Source of the DNA: a virus
Reading direction: 5' to 3' (one strand)
IMG/VR virus record: IMGVR_UViG_3300050011_000099
Length of the DNA: 42,884 nt
Every line of letters starts with the position of its first letter. Within the stretch, counting starts at the first letter, position 1. The position numbers and the translations under genes were made by a program. This document shows positions 32,115-39,781 of the stretch, piece by piece. The notes under the pieces were generated by a model. It was given only the letters and a program-made list of their open reading frames with translations, did not search any database and was not told the DNA's origin.

Positions 32115-33985
32115 TGGGCTAGAGGACTCGGCGCTTGTTGACTCATGCTTTGTTCTGGACCGCTTTGTGCCGCTGGCTTTCTCAAGTTAGAAAGAATGCT
32201 TGCGAGTGCGCCTTGACCGGGAGGTGGCATCGGAACTCCGCCTTGCACACCGGGAGCGCCCGTCATACCGGGCATCTGTCCCGGAGCCGGGGGTTGACCG
32301 GGAGGCGGTGCGGCTGCTTGCTGCGCGGCTTGTTCCTTTTGCATCTCGGCGTGGACCTTTACCAGAGCGTCTTCAGGATTCGTCTTTCCATCCTGCAACG
32401 CCTGAGCGAAGCGAGCAATGAACGTGGGGTCGATCTGACCCTGTGATGCACCGGTTTCGACACTGCTCATCATGGCCCGGCGAGCACCGCCGATGTTGAT
32501 ACGGGCCATCTCTTCCTGCACGTCTTCGACTACCGGGTCCATCTCCATGAACGTCTCTTGAGAGATCGTTTCCATTTGCAGACGTTGGCCCATGGCGATG
32601 ACAAAAGAGTTGGCGTCGGTCCCGGTCATCCCATACTTCACAACGTTCTGATCGTTGAAGAAGACTTCATCCGGAACGTAGTCGTTCTGAGTTATTTTTC
32701 CGGTTCGTGGGATGTAGAAGGAGAACTGCTTTTTTCCCCAGTGACCCTTGACAACAGCCATCGCCCGGCGGTTCTCGGCTTCCATGGAGTCTTCAAATAT
32801 CTCTTGATGCTCCTGAACCGGCATATCAATCGCTGCACCTAGGACCGCCTCTCCCCTTCGGGCTGTACGGATATTGGTCGCACTTTCTCCGCCCAGTTCC
32901 GCAGGAAGTCCACCTGCCAAACGTCCGGTACGTTCAAGTCGGTCCTGCATTTGGGCTGCTTGAATACTTGGCTGGGTCTGGGTGTCTTGAATCTGGCCAT
33001 TGCGTATCTCTCCGATTGTGTTGGTCAACCCGTCGGCGTAGGTGATTATCTGGGCCTGTCCGGGGGAGTTGGGATGTGAGACCAGCCACCTATCGGCAAA
33101 GATGCTTTGCTTGATTGCGATGTATTCCAGCGCAGCTAACTTCGATGCGTTGTGATAGAGCGGCATCAACTGGTCGAACATGCCGCAGAGTTTGTTGAGT
33201 GTCACACGTCCGGGATAGACCGTTAACGGAATCCCCGCCCGGTTCGGTACGCGAGTCAACTGCACACAACTTTGCGTGCCGACGTTCTCTCTCGTGAACC
33301 CTCCATACTGAGGTCCTTCATTGACTTTCGTTTGTCCTAAAGCCACCAAGACCGTTTCGTCACAGTCGTTGTATTCCAGAATCTCGAACATCGTTGACGG
33401 ACTGGCGTTCTTGCCCTTGTAGAGAACATTAGCTTGGTCGGGATACAGGCTCTGGAGCCACGAGAGGGGTTGTAAGTAGGCGTTGATGCAGTCACTGGGT
33501 TCGATGTCGTTGATGTCCACCGTGGGGGCGGGAAAGACACTCATGGGATTCAACACTCGCCAGTGGGGAATCTCTCTCTTGTCCAACGGATTCACCGCGA
33601 GGAAGGAGATTGACACCGGCGAGGCCCCGTAGCCCAACAGATACCGCGCCCGGCGACGCAGGATCATGTCCATGCGGTTCATATCCCAGTAACTGAGCAA
33701 CGCTTTGCGTTTTGAATCAGTGACGTTCTCCGACCCTTTTTGACCGGGCTTTAAAGGGTCACAGGAGATGTCCGGCATCGTCGAGGCAATACGCATGGCC
33801 AGTTGGTCGAGGCCCGGACCAAGCAAGTTGACGGCCATGGATTTCTCGTCTTTGTCTAATTCACTAACGGGCACGACGACATCGCCATCGGCCTGACGGT
33901 TGACCTCCGCCCAACGAGTGAGGAGAGGTCCGCGCTCTGCTTGACGTTCTCGGTACCAGTTCTCGATCTGGAAGATGTCAATCAC
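32111..33985 (-). CDS. Portal protein (624 aa) with a P/Q/G-rich C-terminal tail.
   Basis: The call rests on position directly after TerL and on size. No specific motif was verified. Confidence 0.7.
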   Translation of the reverse strand: MIDIFQIENWYRERQAERGPLLTRWAEVNRQADGDVVVPVSELDKDEKSMAVNLLGPGLDQLAMRIASTMPDISCDPLKPGQKGSENVTDSKRKALLSYWDMNRMDMILRRRARYLLGYGASPVSISFLAVNPLDKREIPHWRVLNPMSVFPAPTVDINDIEPSDCINAYLQPLSWLQSLYPDQANVLYKGKNASPSTMFEILEYNDCDETVLVALGQTKVNEGPQYGGFTRENVGTQSCVQLTRVPNRAGIPLTVYPGRVTLNKLCGMFDQLMPLYHNASKLAALEYIAIKQSIFADRWLVSHPNSPGQAQIITYADGLTNTIGEIRNGQIQDTQTQPSIQAAQMQDRLERTGRLAGGLPAELGGESATNIRTARRGEAVLGAAIDMPVQEHQEIFEDSMEAENRRAMAVVKGHWGKKQFSFYIPRTGKITQNDYVPDEVFFNDQNVVKYGMTGTDANSFVIAMGQRLQMETISQETFMEMDPVVEDVQEEMARINIGGARRAMMSSVETGASQGQIDPTFIARFAQALQDGKTNPEDALVKVHAEMQKEQAAQQAAAPPPGQPPAPGQMPGMTGAPGVQGGVPMPPPGQGALASILSNLRKPAAQSGPEQSMSQQAPSPLAQ

Positions 33986-33994
33986 GTTGGCATT

Positions 33995-35869
33995 CTAAAC
34001 TCTCTGCGGGGATTTTCCGAGCCATGATGGACGACGACTGGTTGAGGGTGATTTGGACACCGGCACCACCAAGTACTGCATCTGGAACATCGCGAACCAG
34101 GTGGACATGGTTAGGTCCGTAGTCGAGGATTCCGGGTAGCGAGTCACTTCATCGACAAGTCGCATAGATATTGCCCTGCCGATTCCTTTACCCGGTAAAC
34201 GAACCCGTCCGAACTTGAAGTTCGGCGCAATCATCTGGACCCCATACTCCTCGTCAGTCTTGTTCCTATGGGTGTCGTGGGGGATAATCATCACACTGTT
34301 TTTGCTCTGCCACCTTTGGGTGAAGTCGTAGGCGTAGAGGTACTTCTGCGCCCCGTTGCGTTCAATAATCCAGTGGCTTATCGGTATCCCCAAGTCCCGA
34401 GAGGTCTGTTGCCACTCATCCATCAAACCTGAGAACGTCCCGTTGTTCTGGTTCCAATCTAAGAAATCAGGCGCGTCCATGCCCTTTTTTTCGAGGTCGA
34501 TTAAAAACCATTGGTCCGAAGGTTCGTTATAGAGCCACCAGGTGATCCCCCAGTACCTACTAGGGCTTGGGTCCACCGAGACGATGGAATAGGACGGACT
34601 AGCAAGATTCCGAGGGAACTCCAACCTCCCGCGGTCCTTGTCCCAACACCCCAAGTAATTGCCGTAGCCGTTAATCCAGGCGGGGTCCACTAAGACTGAG
34701 GAAGCCGCCACGTCCTCTTGCTGATAGACCTGCGCGTACTTGTCGGGGCGGTTCTTCAGCATGGAAGAAATCTCGCGCCAGGCGCACCTTCTTGGGCTTA
34801 AGAGGCATCCCTCGGGATAGGGCGGCGTGTTCTGCTTGTGCTTTCCCTGACACAGTTCCTCGTAGTGGGCTCTGTAGACGATGTGGTGGTACTTCCTCGG
34901 CAACCCGTCTTCGCTTACCCGTAACTCAATCTCTTCTTCCTCGTCGTCATCGTCATCCTGGGTCACTTCCATGTCGAGGCAGTATCTATATAAGTCGTTG
35001 GCCCCCATCCGCTGGCCCTGGAGGATGAGTAAACCGCCGGGTTCCAAACGTCGTTCGGCGTAGGAGTCCCACCAGTCCCGGTCCTTCTCGATCATCTCGA
35101 TGGTCCGTAATCTGTTAGACGTAACGAGGTCGTCCCAGATGCAGAAGTCGTACCTTCCCCCAATGAACTCCTGATCCCTACCTACCGCTGTCCACGTTGG
35201 TTCCTTCGAGGTAATAGAGGCCCCGTCAAACTGCTGGACGATGAAGGCGTCCTTGGTCCAGGACTCGTGATCTACCGGTTTGAACCTGCCAAAGTCCTCG
35301 GAAAGAGTAGCGACGGCATCCACGGCGACTCCTTTGAGTTTGTCCTCGTCGTCGGCCAGGATGGGTAGTGTCGCTTCAAGTGCCCTCCTTACAAGTGCTG
35401 TGTACTGCCCGGCCAACTTCGCAGTCGCGCTACCTACTAAGCCTCTAATCGCCCTATCCTTGACAGTCAACCACAGGGGTAGGGCGTAGGTGAAGTGCGA
35501 GGACTTCCCAGCCCCCGGAGGGGCATTCACAACCACGTACTCCTTCTCCTGGGTGACCAGCAGGCTCTCAATCTCGTGAGCCGATTGCTCCTGCCACGGC
35601 AGTCCAATCCGTCCTAGATACCGCAACTGGAAGTAGTTGAAGTCCGTCAACGCCCTTTTGGCCTCCGGGCACAGTTCCCTCGCCCTGATTGGATCAGGCT
35701 GGTTTCGAGCCAGCCGGGCGGAAGTCGTATATTGCCCTCTGTCGGGATGGCGGTTATCGTGATTCTTCGCACTACCTATGGATATCGAGGCAAGCCGGGC
35801 GGCCTTGGTCTGGTTTAACCCCTTGGCCCTGGCTTCCTCATAGATCGTCCACTGCTGCTGGGAAATCAC
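33995..35869 (-). CDS. terL: Terminase large subunit with an N-terminal HTH extension.
   Basis: Walker A is VVNAPPGAGKS and Walker B-like is FCIWDDLV. The nuclease-domain segment is IVSVDPSPS. The N-terminal LNQTKAARLASISIGSAKNH is an HTH. An acidic insert reads DDDDDEEEEIE. The start is GTG with no clear SD. Confidence 0.9.
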   Translation of the reverse strand: MISQQQWTIYEEARAKGLNQTKAARLASISIGSAKNHDNRHPDRGQYTTSARLARNQPDPIRARELCPEAKRALTDFNYFQLRYLGRIGLPWQEQSAHEIESLLVTQEKEYVVVNAPPGAGKSSHFTYALPLWLTVKDRAIRGLVGSATAKLAGQYTALVRRALEATLPILADDEDKLKGVAVDAVATLSEDFGRFKPVDHESWTKDAFIVQQFDGASITSKEPTWTAVGRDQEFIGGRYDFCIWDDLVTSNRLRTIEMIEKDRDWWDSYAERRLEPGGLLILQGQRMGANDLYRYCLDMEVTQDDDDDEEEEIELRVSEDGLPRKYHHIVYRAHYEELCQGKHKQNTPPYPEGCLLSPRRCAWREISSMLKNRPDKYAQVYQQEDVAASSVLVDPAWINGYGNYLGCWDKDRGRLEFPRNLASPSYSIVSVDPSPSRYWGITWWLYNEPSDQWFLIDLEKKGMDAPDFLDWNQNNGTFSGLMDEWQQTSRDLGIPISHWIIERNGAQKYLYAYDFTQRWQSKNSVMIIPHDTHRNKTDEEYGVQMIAPNFKFGRVRLPGKGIGRAISMRLVDEVTRYPESSTTDLTMSTWFAMFQMQYLVVPVSKSPSTSRRPSWLGKSPQRV

Positions 35870-35872
35870 AGG

Positions 35873-36229
35873 TTGATACTACAGCGGTACAGCGTCAGGA
35901 TTATGAACACGTGTTACTATGTACAAATGGGCACACGCGAGATGATCGTCGATTGGGAACTTAAAAGGATGATGCGCAAGGTCCAAGTCACAGATTCGTG
36001 CTGGGTGTGGATGGGAGCAACCAGTCACCACGGGTACGCAATGACGACGGTCGCTGGTAAGCAGCGGGTGGCGCACAGAGCCTTCTATGAGTTGATTGTG
36101 GGCGAGATACCGGAGGGTCTGGTACTTGACCACCTTTGTCACGGATGGGACCAGGAATGTCGCAAGGGGAGCCTGTGCCCTCATAGACGATGTGTGAACC
36201 CAGATCACCTAGAGCCATTAACCTCATAA
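35873..36229 (+). CDS. HNH_3-type homing endonuclease on the opposite strand, abutting the TerL start. Its own start is uncertain (35873, 35903 or 35927).
   Basis: CWVWMGATSHHGYAMT..AHRAFYELIVGEIPEGLVLDHLCHG..CVNPDHLEP. It is a paralog of 12505..13029. Confidence 0.8.
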   Translation: MILQRYSVRIMNTCYYVQMGTREMIVDWELKRMMRKVQVTDSCWVWMGATSHHGYAMTTVAGKQRVAHRAFYELIVGEIPEGLVLDHLCHGWDQECRKGSLCPHRRCVNPDHLEPLTS

Positions 36230-36296
36230 TCAAGGCGTCGTAAATAGATAATGCCTGGTCAAAGTCCCTGGTCGGCGCACTATCTGCATGTTAAAA

Positions 36297-36367
36297 TGGT
36301 GGAACTAACGGGAATTGAACCCGTCGGAAGCCCGTCCAAATGGTCCCCCGGCGAACCTGCTAGTCCC
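36297..36367 (-). other. tRNA-like 3' fragment with a T-arm, acceptor strand and encoded CCA. It is not a foldable canonical tRNA.
   Basis: The minus strand reads ACGGG-TTCAATT-CCCGT-TAGTTCC-A-CCA (36324-36297). A possible 5' acceptor strand GGGACTA lies at 36367-36361. The 36 nt between them cannot form D and anticodon arms. Confidence 0.35.
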
Positions 36368-36424
36368 GGAAGGGGGAAGTGATCTGACACCCGTACGATG
36401 GGCGACCAGATCACTTCCCCTTCC
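36368..36424. other. Long hairpin with an 18-19 bp stem (one bulged G) and a 20-nt loop. Possible terminator or RNA element.
   Basis: ggaagggggaagtgatctg (36368-36386) pairs with cagatcacttccccttcc (36407-36424). On the plus strand it is followed by TTCTTTC. Confidence 0.5.
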
Positions 36425-36520
36425 TTCTTTCGGGACCAGGAGAGAGAACGAAGAATGCGGGTAATTGTACCTGTCTAGAAGCAGTACAGTACTACTATTT
36501 TCTCTGGTCAAAGGGCACAT

Positions 36521-36899
36521 ACCCGGTTAACGATTATTCACATACAGACGATCTGAAACAACTGTACTCATTGACTTATTAATCATTGTTGCATTGAATA
36601 TGTAGTTGATAACAGTAGTTCAGTTGTTAATAAGCAATGTCATCAGGTGATATGTGTATATAGTAAACGCCGATATCGACCGTTATGTCAACTACAACGT
36701 TGTAACTCGTATTCAGAATGATCCATGAGCTTTCAAGTGGAATTGAGCATTTAATCACTGGAATGCAAGAAATGTATGCTCATCCCTTACCTAAGACATT
36801 CATTAGTGATTAATTGCTCAGAAGTGACGTATTAATGCGATCACTGAATAATCAGAAGAATTTCGCTCGCTTTTTGGTAGAAGTTCTAGCACAGAATGA
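36521..36899. other. AT-rich non-coding island.
   Basis: My hand count is 129 G+C in 360 nt (36541-36900), about 36%. One coding line I counted for comparison (20401-20460) was 60% GC. No ORF of 60 aa or more lies here. Confidence 0.7.
36534..36542 (+). promoter_or_regulatory. Isolated DnaA-box match TTATTCACA (TTATNCACA) at the edge of the AT-rich island.
   Basis: Read directly. A single 9-mer could occur by chance. Confidence 0.3.
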
Positions 36900-37319
36900 C
36901 TAGGAATGTTCACTCCGTTTACGTTGCTTCGGATTGTTGACACCGTTGGATATCAAACAAGTGTCAGTGAGTCGTAAACACTTGCATTCACGACGCTCTT
37001 CGAGTGAATCGCTCCAGTGCATAATCCGCCGATCAAGCCCTACACGGTTCAAAGGTGGTTGGCAAAAGAACACCAATCCAGCTTCGCGATTCTTAGCCTC
37101 ACGCCTGGTGTTAAATGCCTCAAGCGTAAAGAAAGATAATCCCATAGAACGCTTAGACCGCCAGTGATCGTTAAGCCGCGAGACAACGTGCTCGGATTGT
37201 CCAACGTACATGATTTTGCCATCAGTATCGTAGAGCCGATAGACGTAAAAGTGTTCATTATCAACGAAATCTCGTAGTTGGTACATCACGTCAGGGAATT
37301 TGCAGATGATTTCTTCCAT
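36900..37319 (-). CDS. GIY-YIG nuclease (139 aa), a free-standing homing-endonuclease-like gene.
   Basis: FYVYRLYDTDGKIMYVGQS..SRLNDH..REAKNREAGLV..PPLNR supplies the GIY, YIG, R, E and N motifs in order. Confidence 0.8.
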   Translation of the reverse strand: MEEIICKFPDVMYQLRDFVDNEHFYVYRLYDTDGKIMYVGQSEHVVSRLNDHWRSKRSMGLSFFTLEAFNTRREAKNREAGLVFFCQPPLNRVGLDRRIMHWSDSLEERRECKCLRLTDTCLISNGVNNPKQRKRSEHS

Positions 37320-37350
37320 TCACCAACACTAACAGTTGGCACAATAATTG

Positions 37351-37379
37351 TTGAGAAATAGTGCATGCTCTTATGTAAC
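37351..37379 (+). promoter_or_regulatory. Candidate promoter TTGAGA-17-TGTAAC for the plus-strand operon.
   Basis: TTGAGA lies at 37351-37356 and TGTAAC at 37374-37379. It has the same TGTAA -10 core as the candidate at 21985-22013. Weak. Confidence 0.25.
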
Positions 37380-37433
37380 TCTTAACATTCGTCTGTATCT
37401 TGGTTCTATCGCAGTACTAATGAAAGGACTGAA

Positions 37434-37715
37434 ATGGGTAAATTCGGAAGTTGTGTGGGGCGCGAGCCTGGTCCAGGCGAATTAAAAGCGCTGGAAATGA
37501 TGACCAAAGCGCAATCGCGTAACGAAGTCGTTGAATGCGATGAATGTGGTTTCAACCAAGGGGTTCGCAGTGAAATAGCTGCTGAGTTTTTGGGGTGGCG
37601 CTTCACTGATGAGGGTACGAAGTGCTCAAGGTGCGCTACGACGCCCAACCGGGCTTGCCGGTCAATTGTGATTGGTCTGCCCAGCAACGATTTTGGGAGT
37701 TCGCACACGTTCTAA
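37434..37715 (+). CDS. Zn-ribbon protein (93 aa).
   Basis: The RBS AAAGGA precedes the ATG. The ribbon is CDECG...CSRC. Confidence 0.65.
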   Translation: MGKFGSCVGREPGPGELKALEMMTKAQSRNEVVECDECGFNQGVRSEIAAEFLGWRFTDEGTKCSRCATTPNRACRSIVIGLPSNDFGSSHTF

Positions 37716-38092
37716 TGAGAAAAGAAACCGAAGAGGTGATTGCGGCGATTCTGGAGCGTTATCCGGACGATCCCTACGCTATCCACCTAACCCATGAAAT
37801 CTGGAAAATGCTTGAAATTCACGAGGGGTACGCCCCTACCGTAGAAAGCGCCAAAACTCGCGCCGTTAACCACGTATCAATCGACAAGGTGATACTTGAG
37901 CACGAGGCAATTATGACGCCCTACGAATTGAAAGTCCAAGCCGAGATTGAGGAAGCCCGGGCCCAGTATTTTAAAGCGAATCATCCTAACCACGTCCTTG
38001 CTCGCGAGGTCTACACAATGGACGATAATGCTCGCTCCTATTACGCGGTGATCGTAAACAAGTTTTGCCCGGAATGTGGAGCGAAGCTATGA
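37715..38092 (+). CDS. Hypothetical protein (125 aa) with a C-terminal CPEC.
   Basis: The ATG at 37715 overlaps the upstream stop (TAATG). Confidence 0.65.
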   Translation: MRKETEEVIAAILERYPDDPYAIHLTHEIWKMLEIHEGYAPTVESAKTRAVNHVSIDKVILEHEAIMTPYELKVQAEIEEARAQYFKANHPNHVLAREVYTMDDNARSYYAVIVNKFCPECGAKL

Positions 38093-38514
38093 CTGACGCC
38101 GAACACTTTACGACCCCTAAAGACATGATTGAGTATTTCGGCCTTCAGCACCGTTATCCGCTCCTCTACGCCCCGAAAAACAATGGTTGCGACGTTACAT
38201 GGGTAACTGGCATCCAGAGCCACAACTGCGAATTGCTGAAGGGTCACAAAGAATTGCATCGTTGCGGAGTGTGCAAAGGGCAGTTTTCAAACAAGCCCGC
38301 TGACGGATTTCGTTGGGATATGGCAACATTCGACGAAATGAGCGACTATTTGAGCGACGAGGAACTGGACGCGCTCTTTGAGAACTGCGACCACCGTTTT
38401 AGAATGCCTGGCGTCATGTTTGAGTCTTGCACCAGTTGCGGGGCTACCTTACGACGTTTGCCTCACATCCCCGAGCCTGAGCAAACAGATCGTGAGCCGG
38501 ATTCGAAAGAATGA
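38089..38514 (+). CDS. Cys/His-rich protein (141 aa).
   Basis: ATGA overlap at 38089-38092. Motifs are HRCGVCKG and CTSCG. Confidence 0.65.
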   Translation: MTDAEHFTTPKDMIEYFGLQHRYPLLYAPKNNGCDVTWVTGIQSHNCELLKGHKELHRCGVCKGQFSNKPADGFRWDMATFDEMSDYLSDEELDALFENCDHRFRMPGVMFESCTSCGATLRRLPHIPEPEQTDREPDSKE

Positions 38515-38620
38515 CTGGACAAAATCCACGTTGGGCGAGTTTCACAGAAACCAAGGTCTGTGATTCTCAGCCAAATTGGCTGGTGCAGTAAAAATGGGAA
38601 GGAATTGGAAGGAATGGGAA

Positions 38621-38920
38621 ATGAGTGAAATCGAGATTCTTGAGGCCGAATGTGACCGCCAGGAAGCGAAATATGCGAAACTCCAGGAGGATTTTCTAAC
38701 CGCAAGCGAGCGAATTGACACGCTAGAGCGCGATTGTGAGTCGCTAGACCAGGATAAGCGCGACATTGAGTGTCAGTACAACGACTTAGTTGTGATTTGC
38801 GACAAGGTGGACATCCAGCTACGTGATTTGTCGTGGGCCGTCAATATCGGCCAGTCCGTCACCGCTCCACAATTAGAGAGCATTTCGCAGGTCTTCACCG
38901 GATTGACAGTGTTCGCATGA
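38621..38920 (+). CDS. Coiled-coil protein (99 aa).
   Basis: The ATG at 38621 follows GGAAGGAA. The ORF is open from 38576. The sequence has a heptad-like acidic pattern. Confidence 0.55.
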   Translation: MSEIEILEAECDRQEAKYAKLQEDFLTASERIDTLERDCESLDQDKRDIECQYNDLVVICDKVDIQLRDLSWAVNIGQSVTAPQLESISQVFTGLTVFA

Positions 38921-39069
38921 CAGAGAGAGAGGCTCTCGTAGATCAGGCCAACGAAATATTCTCACGTCATGGGAAATTTGGCCTGGTTTTCATGCGCAAC
39001 CGTGACCTAAACGTCATTCGAAATGCAATGGTTCACCTGGAACGCATTATCGCCGGGAGAGCCCTATGA
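38917..39069 (+). CDS. Hypothetical protein (50 aa).
   Basis: ATGA overlaps at both ends. Confidence 0.55.
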   Translation: MTEREALVDQANEIFSRHGKFGLVFMRNRDLNVIRNAMVHLERIIAGRAL

Positions 39070-39503
39070 GTCGCCATGACGGAGACGCAACTGGCAAAGA
39101 GTCACTTGAGTGGCTTTCCAAGGGTTACCAGACACTGGCGAAGGTAGAAATCGAAACCGTTGACTTCCCTCGCGTTAATTCAAAAGCGGAATTGGAGCGC
39201 CAAAAGGGTCTAACTCCGAAAGTTTGCGACCTCCCCCACATACCCGAGACACCGGAAAACGGCGAAACGCGAGAATTTAATTGGATCGACACTTTTGAAA
39301 CGCCAAACCCCTTGCGCCACATCTCCGAGTCGGAGAAGCGTCAAAAAGAGCCGGGAATGGGAGTTTCAGTGGACGCGAAAGTTCGCACCTACACGAGCGA
39401 TTGTCCTTTGTGTGAATGGAAATCGCGCAAATTCAAGAAACAGTCCTTAGCGTCGATGGCATATCTACAGCACCGCCAAGAGCATGGAATGGGAGGGTTC
39501 TAA
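39066..39503 (+). CDS. Hypothetical protein (145 aa) with a C2H2-like motif.
   Basis: The motif is CPLCEW...(18)...HRQEH. ATGA coupling. Confidence 0.6.
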   Translation: MSRHDGDATGKESLEWLSKGYQTLAKVEIETVDFPRVNSKAELERQKGLTPKVCDLPHIPETPENGETREFNWIDTFETPNPLRHISESEKRQKEPGMGVSVDAKVRTYTSDCPLCEWKSRKFKKQSLASMAYLQHRQEHGMGGF

Positions 39504-39781
39504 TGAGAAAAAGGCAGATGCGCGCGATAATGGCCGAGGCCAGCGAGAAAGTCGCGTACATTTTTGATTACATTCCACGCGGTTTGATTCTTTTGAAAAT
39601 AGAGCAAATTGAACACGACAACCTTCGCTGCGCCTTTGTCATTAAAAAAGGAGCGTATGAGAAACTGGTGTGCCAAACGTGTCGTTTTGCTGGTGTGTGG
39701 CCCTTCGGGGCTCCGGATTGTTTCACGCCGGTGACGCTGACGTGTGTCGCCCATTGCTCGCATTGTGACGAGGCTATCTAG
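39503..39781 (+). CDS. Cys-rich protein (92 aa).
   Basis: TAATG overlap. Motifs are CQTCRF and CVAHCSHC. Confidence 0.6.
   Translation: MRKRQMRAIMAEASEKVAYIFDYIPRGLILLKIEQIEHDNLRCAFVIKKGAYEKLVCQTCRFAGVWPFGAPDCFTPVTLTCVAHCSHCDEAI

Noticed and set aside
35879-36233. Minus-strand ORFs of 109 and 81 aa as a small terminase.
   Set aside because: They are antisense to the HNH_3 gene, and have no motifs and odd composition.
36297-36367. A complete canonical tRNA gene.
   Set aside because: Only 36 nt separate the acceptor 5' strand from the T-arm, and no anticodon stem-loop can be drawn. It is kept as a tRNA-like fragment only.
36305-36520. Minus-strand 71-aa ORF.
   Set aside because: It runs through the tRNA-like element and the 19-bp hairpin, and has no RBS.
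36571-36599. Plus-strand promoter TTGACT-17-TTGAAT inside the AT-rich island.
   Set aside because: The -10 is poor, such matches are expected by chance in AT-rich DNA, and there is no obvious downstream sense gene.
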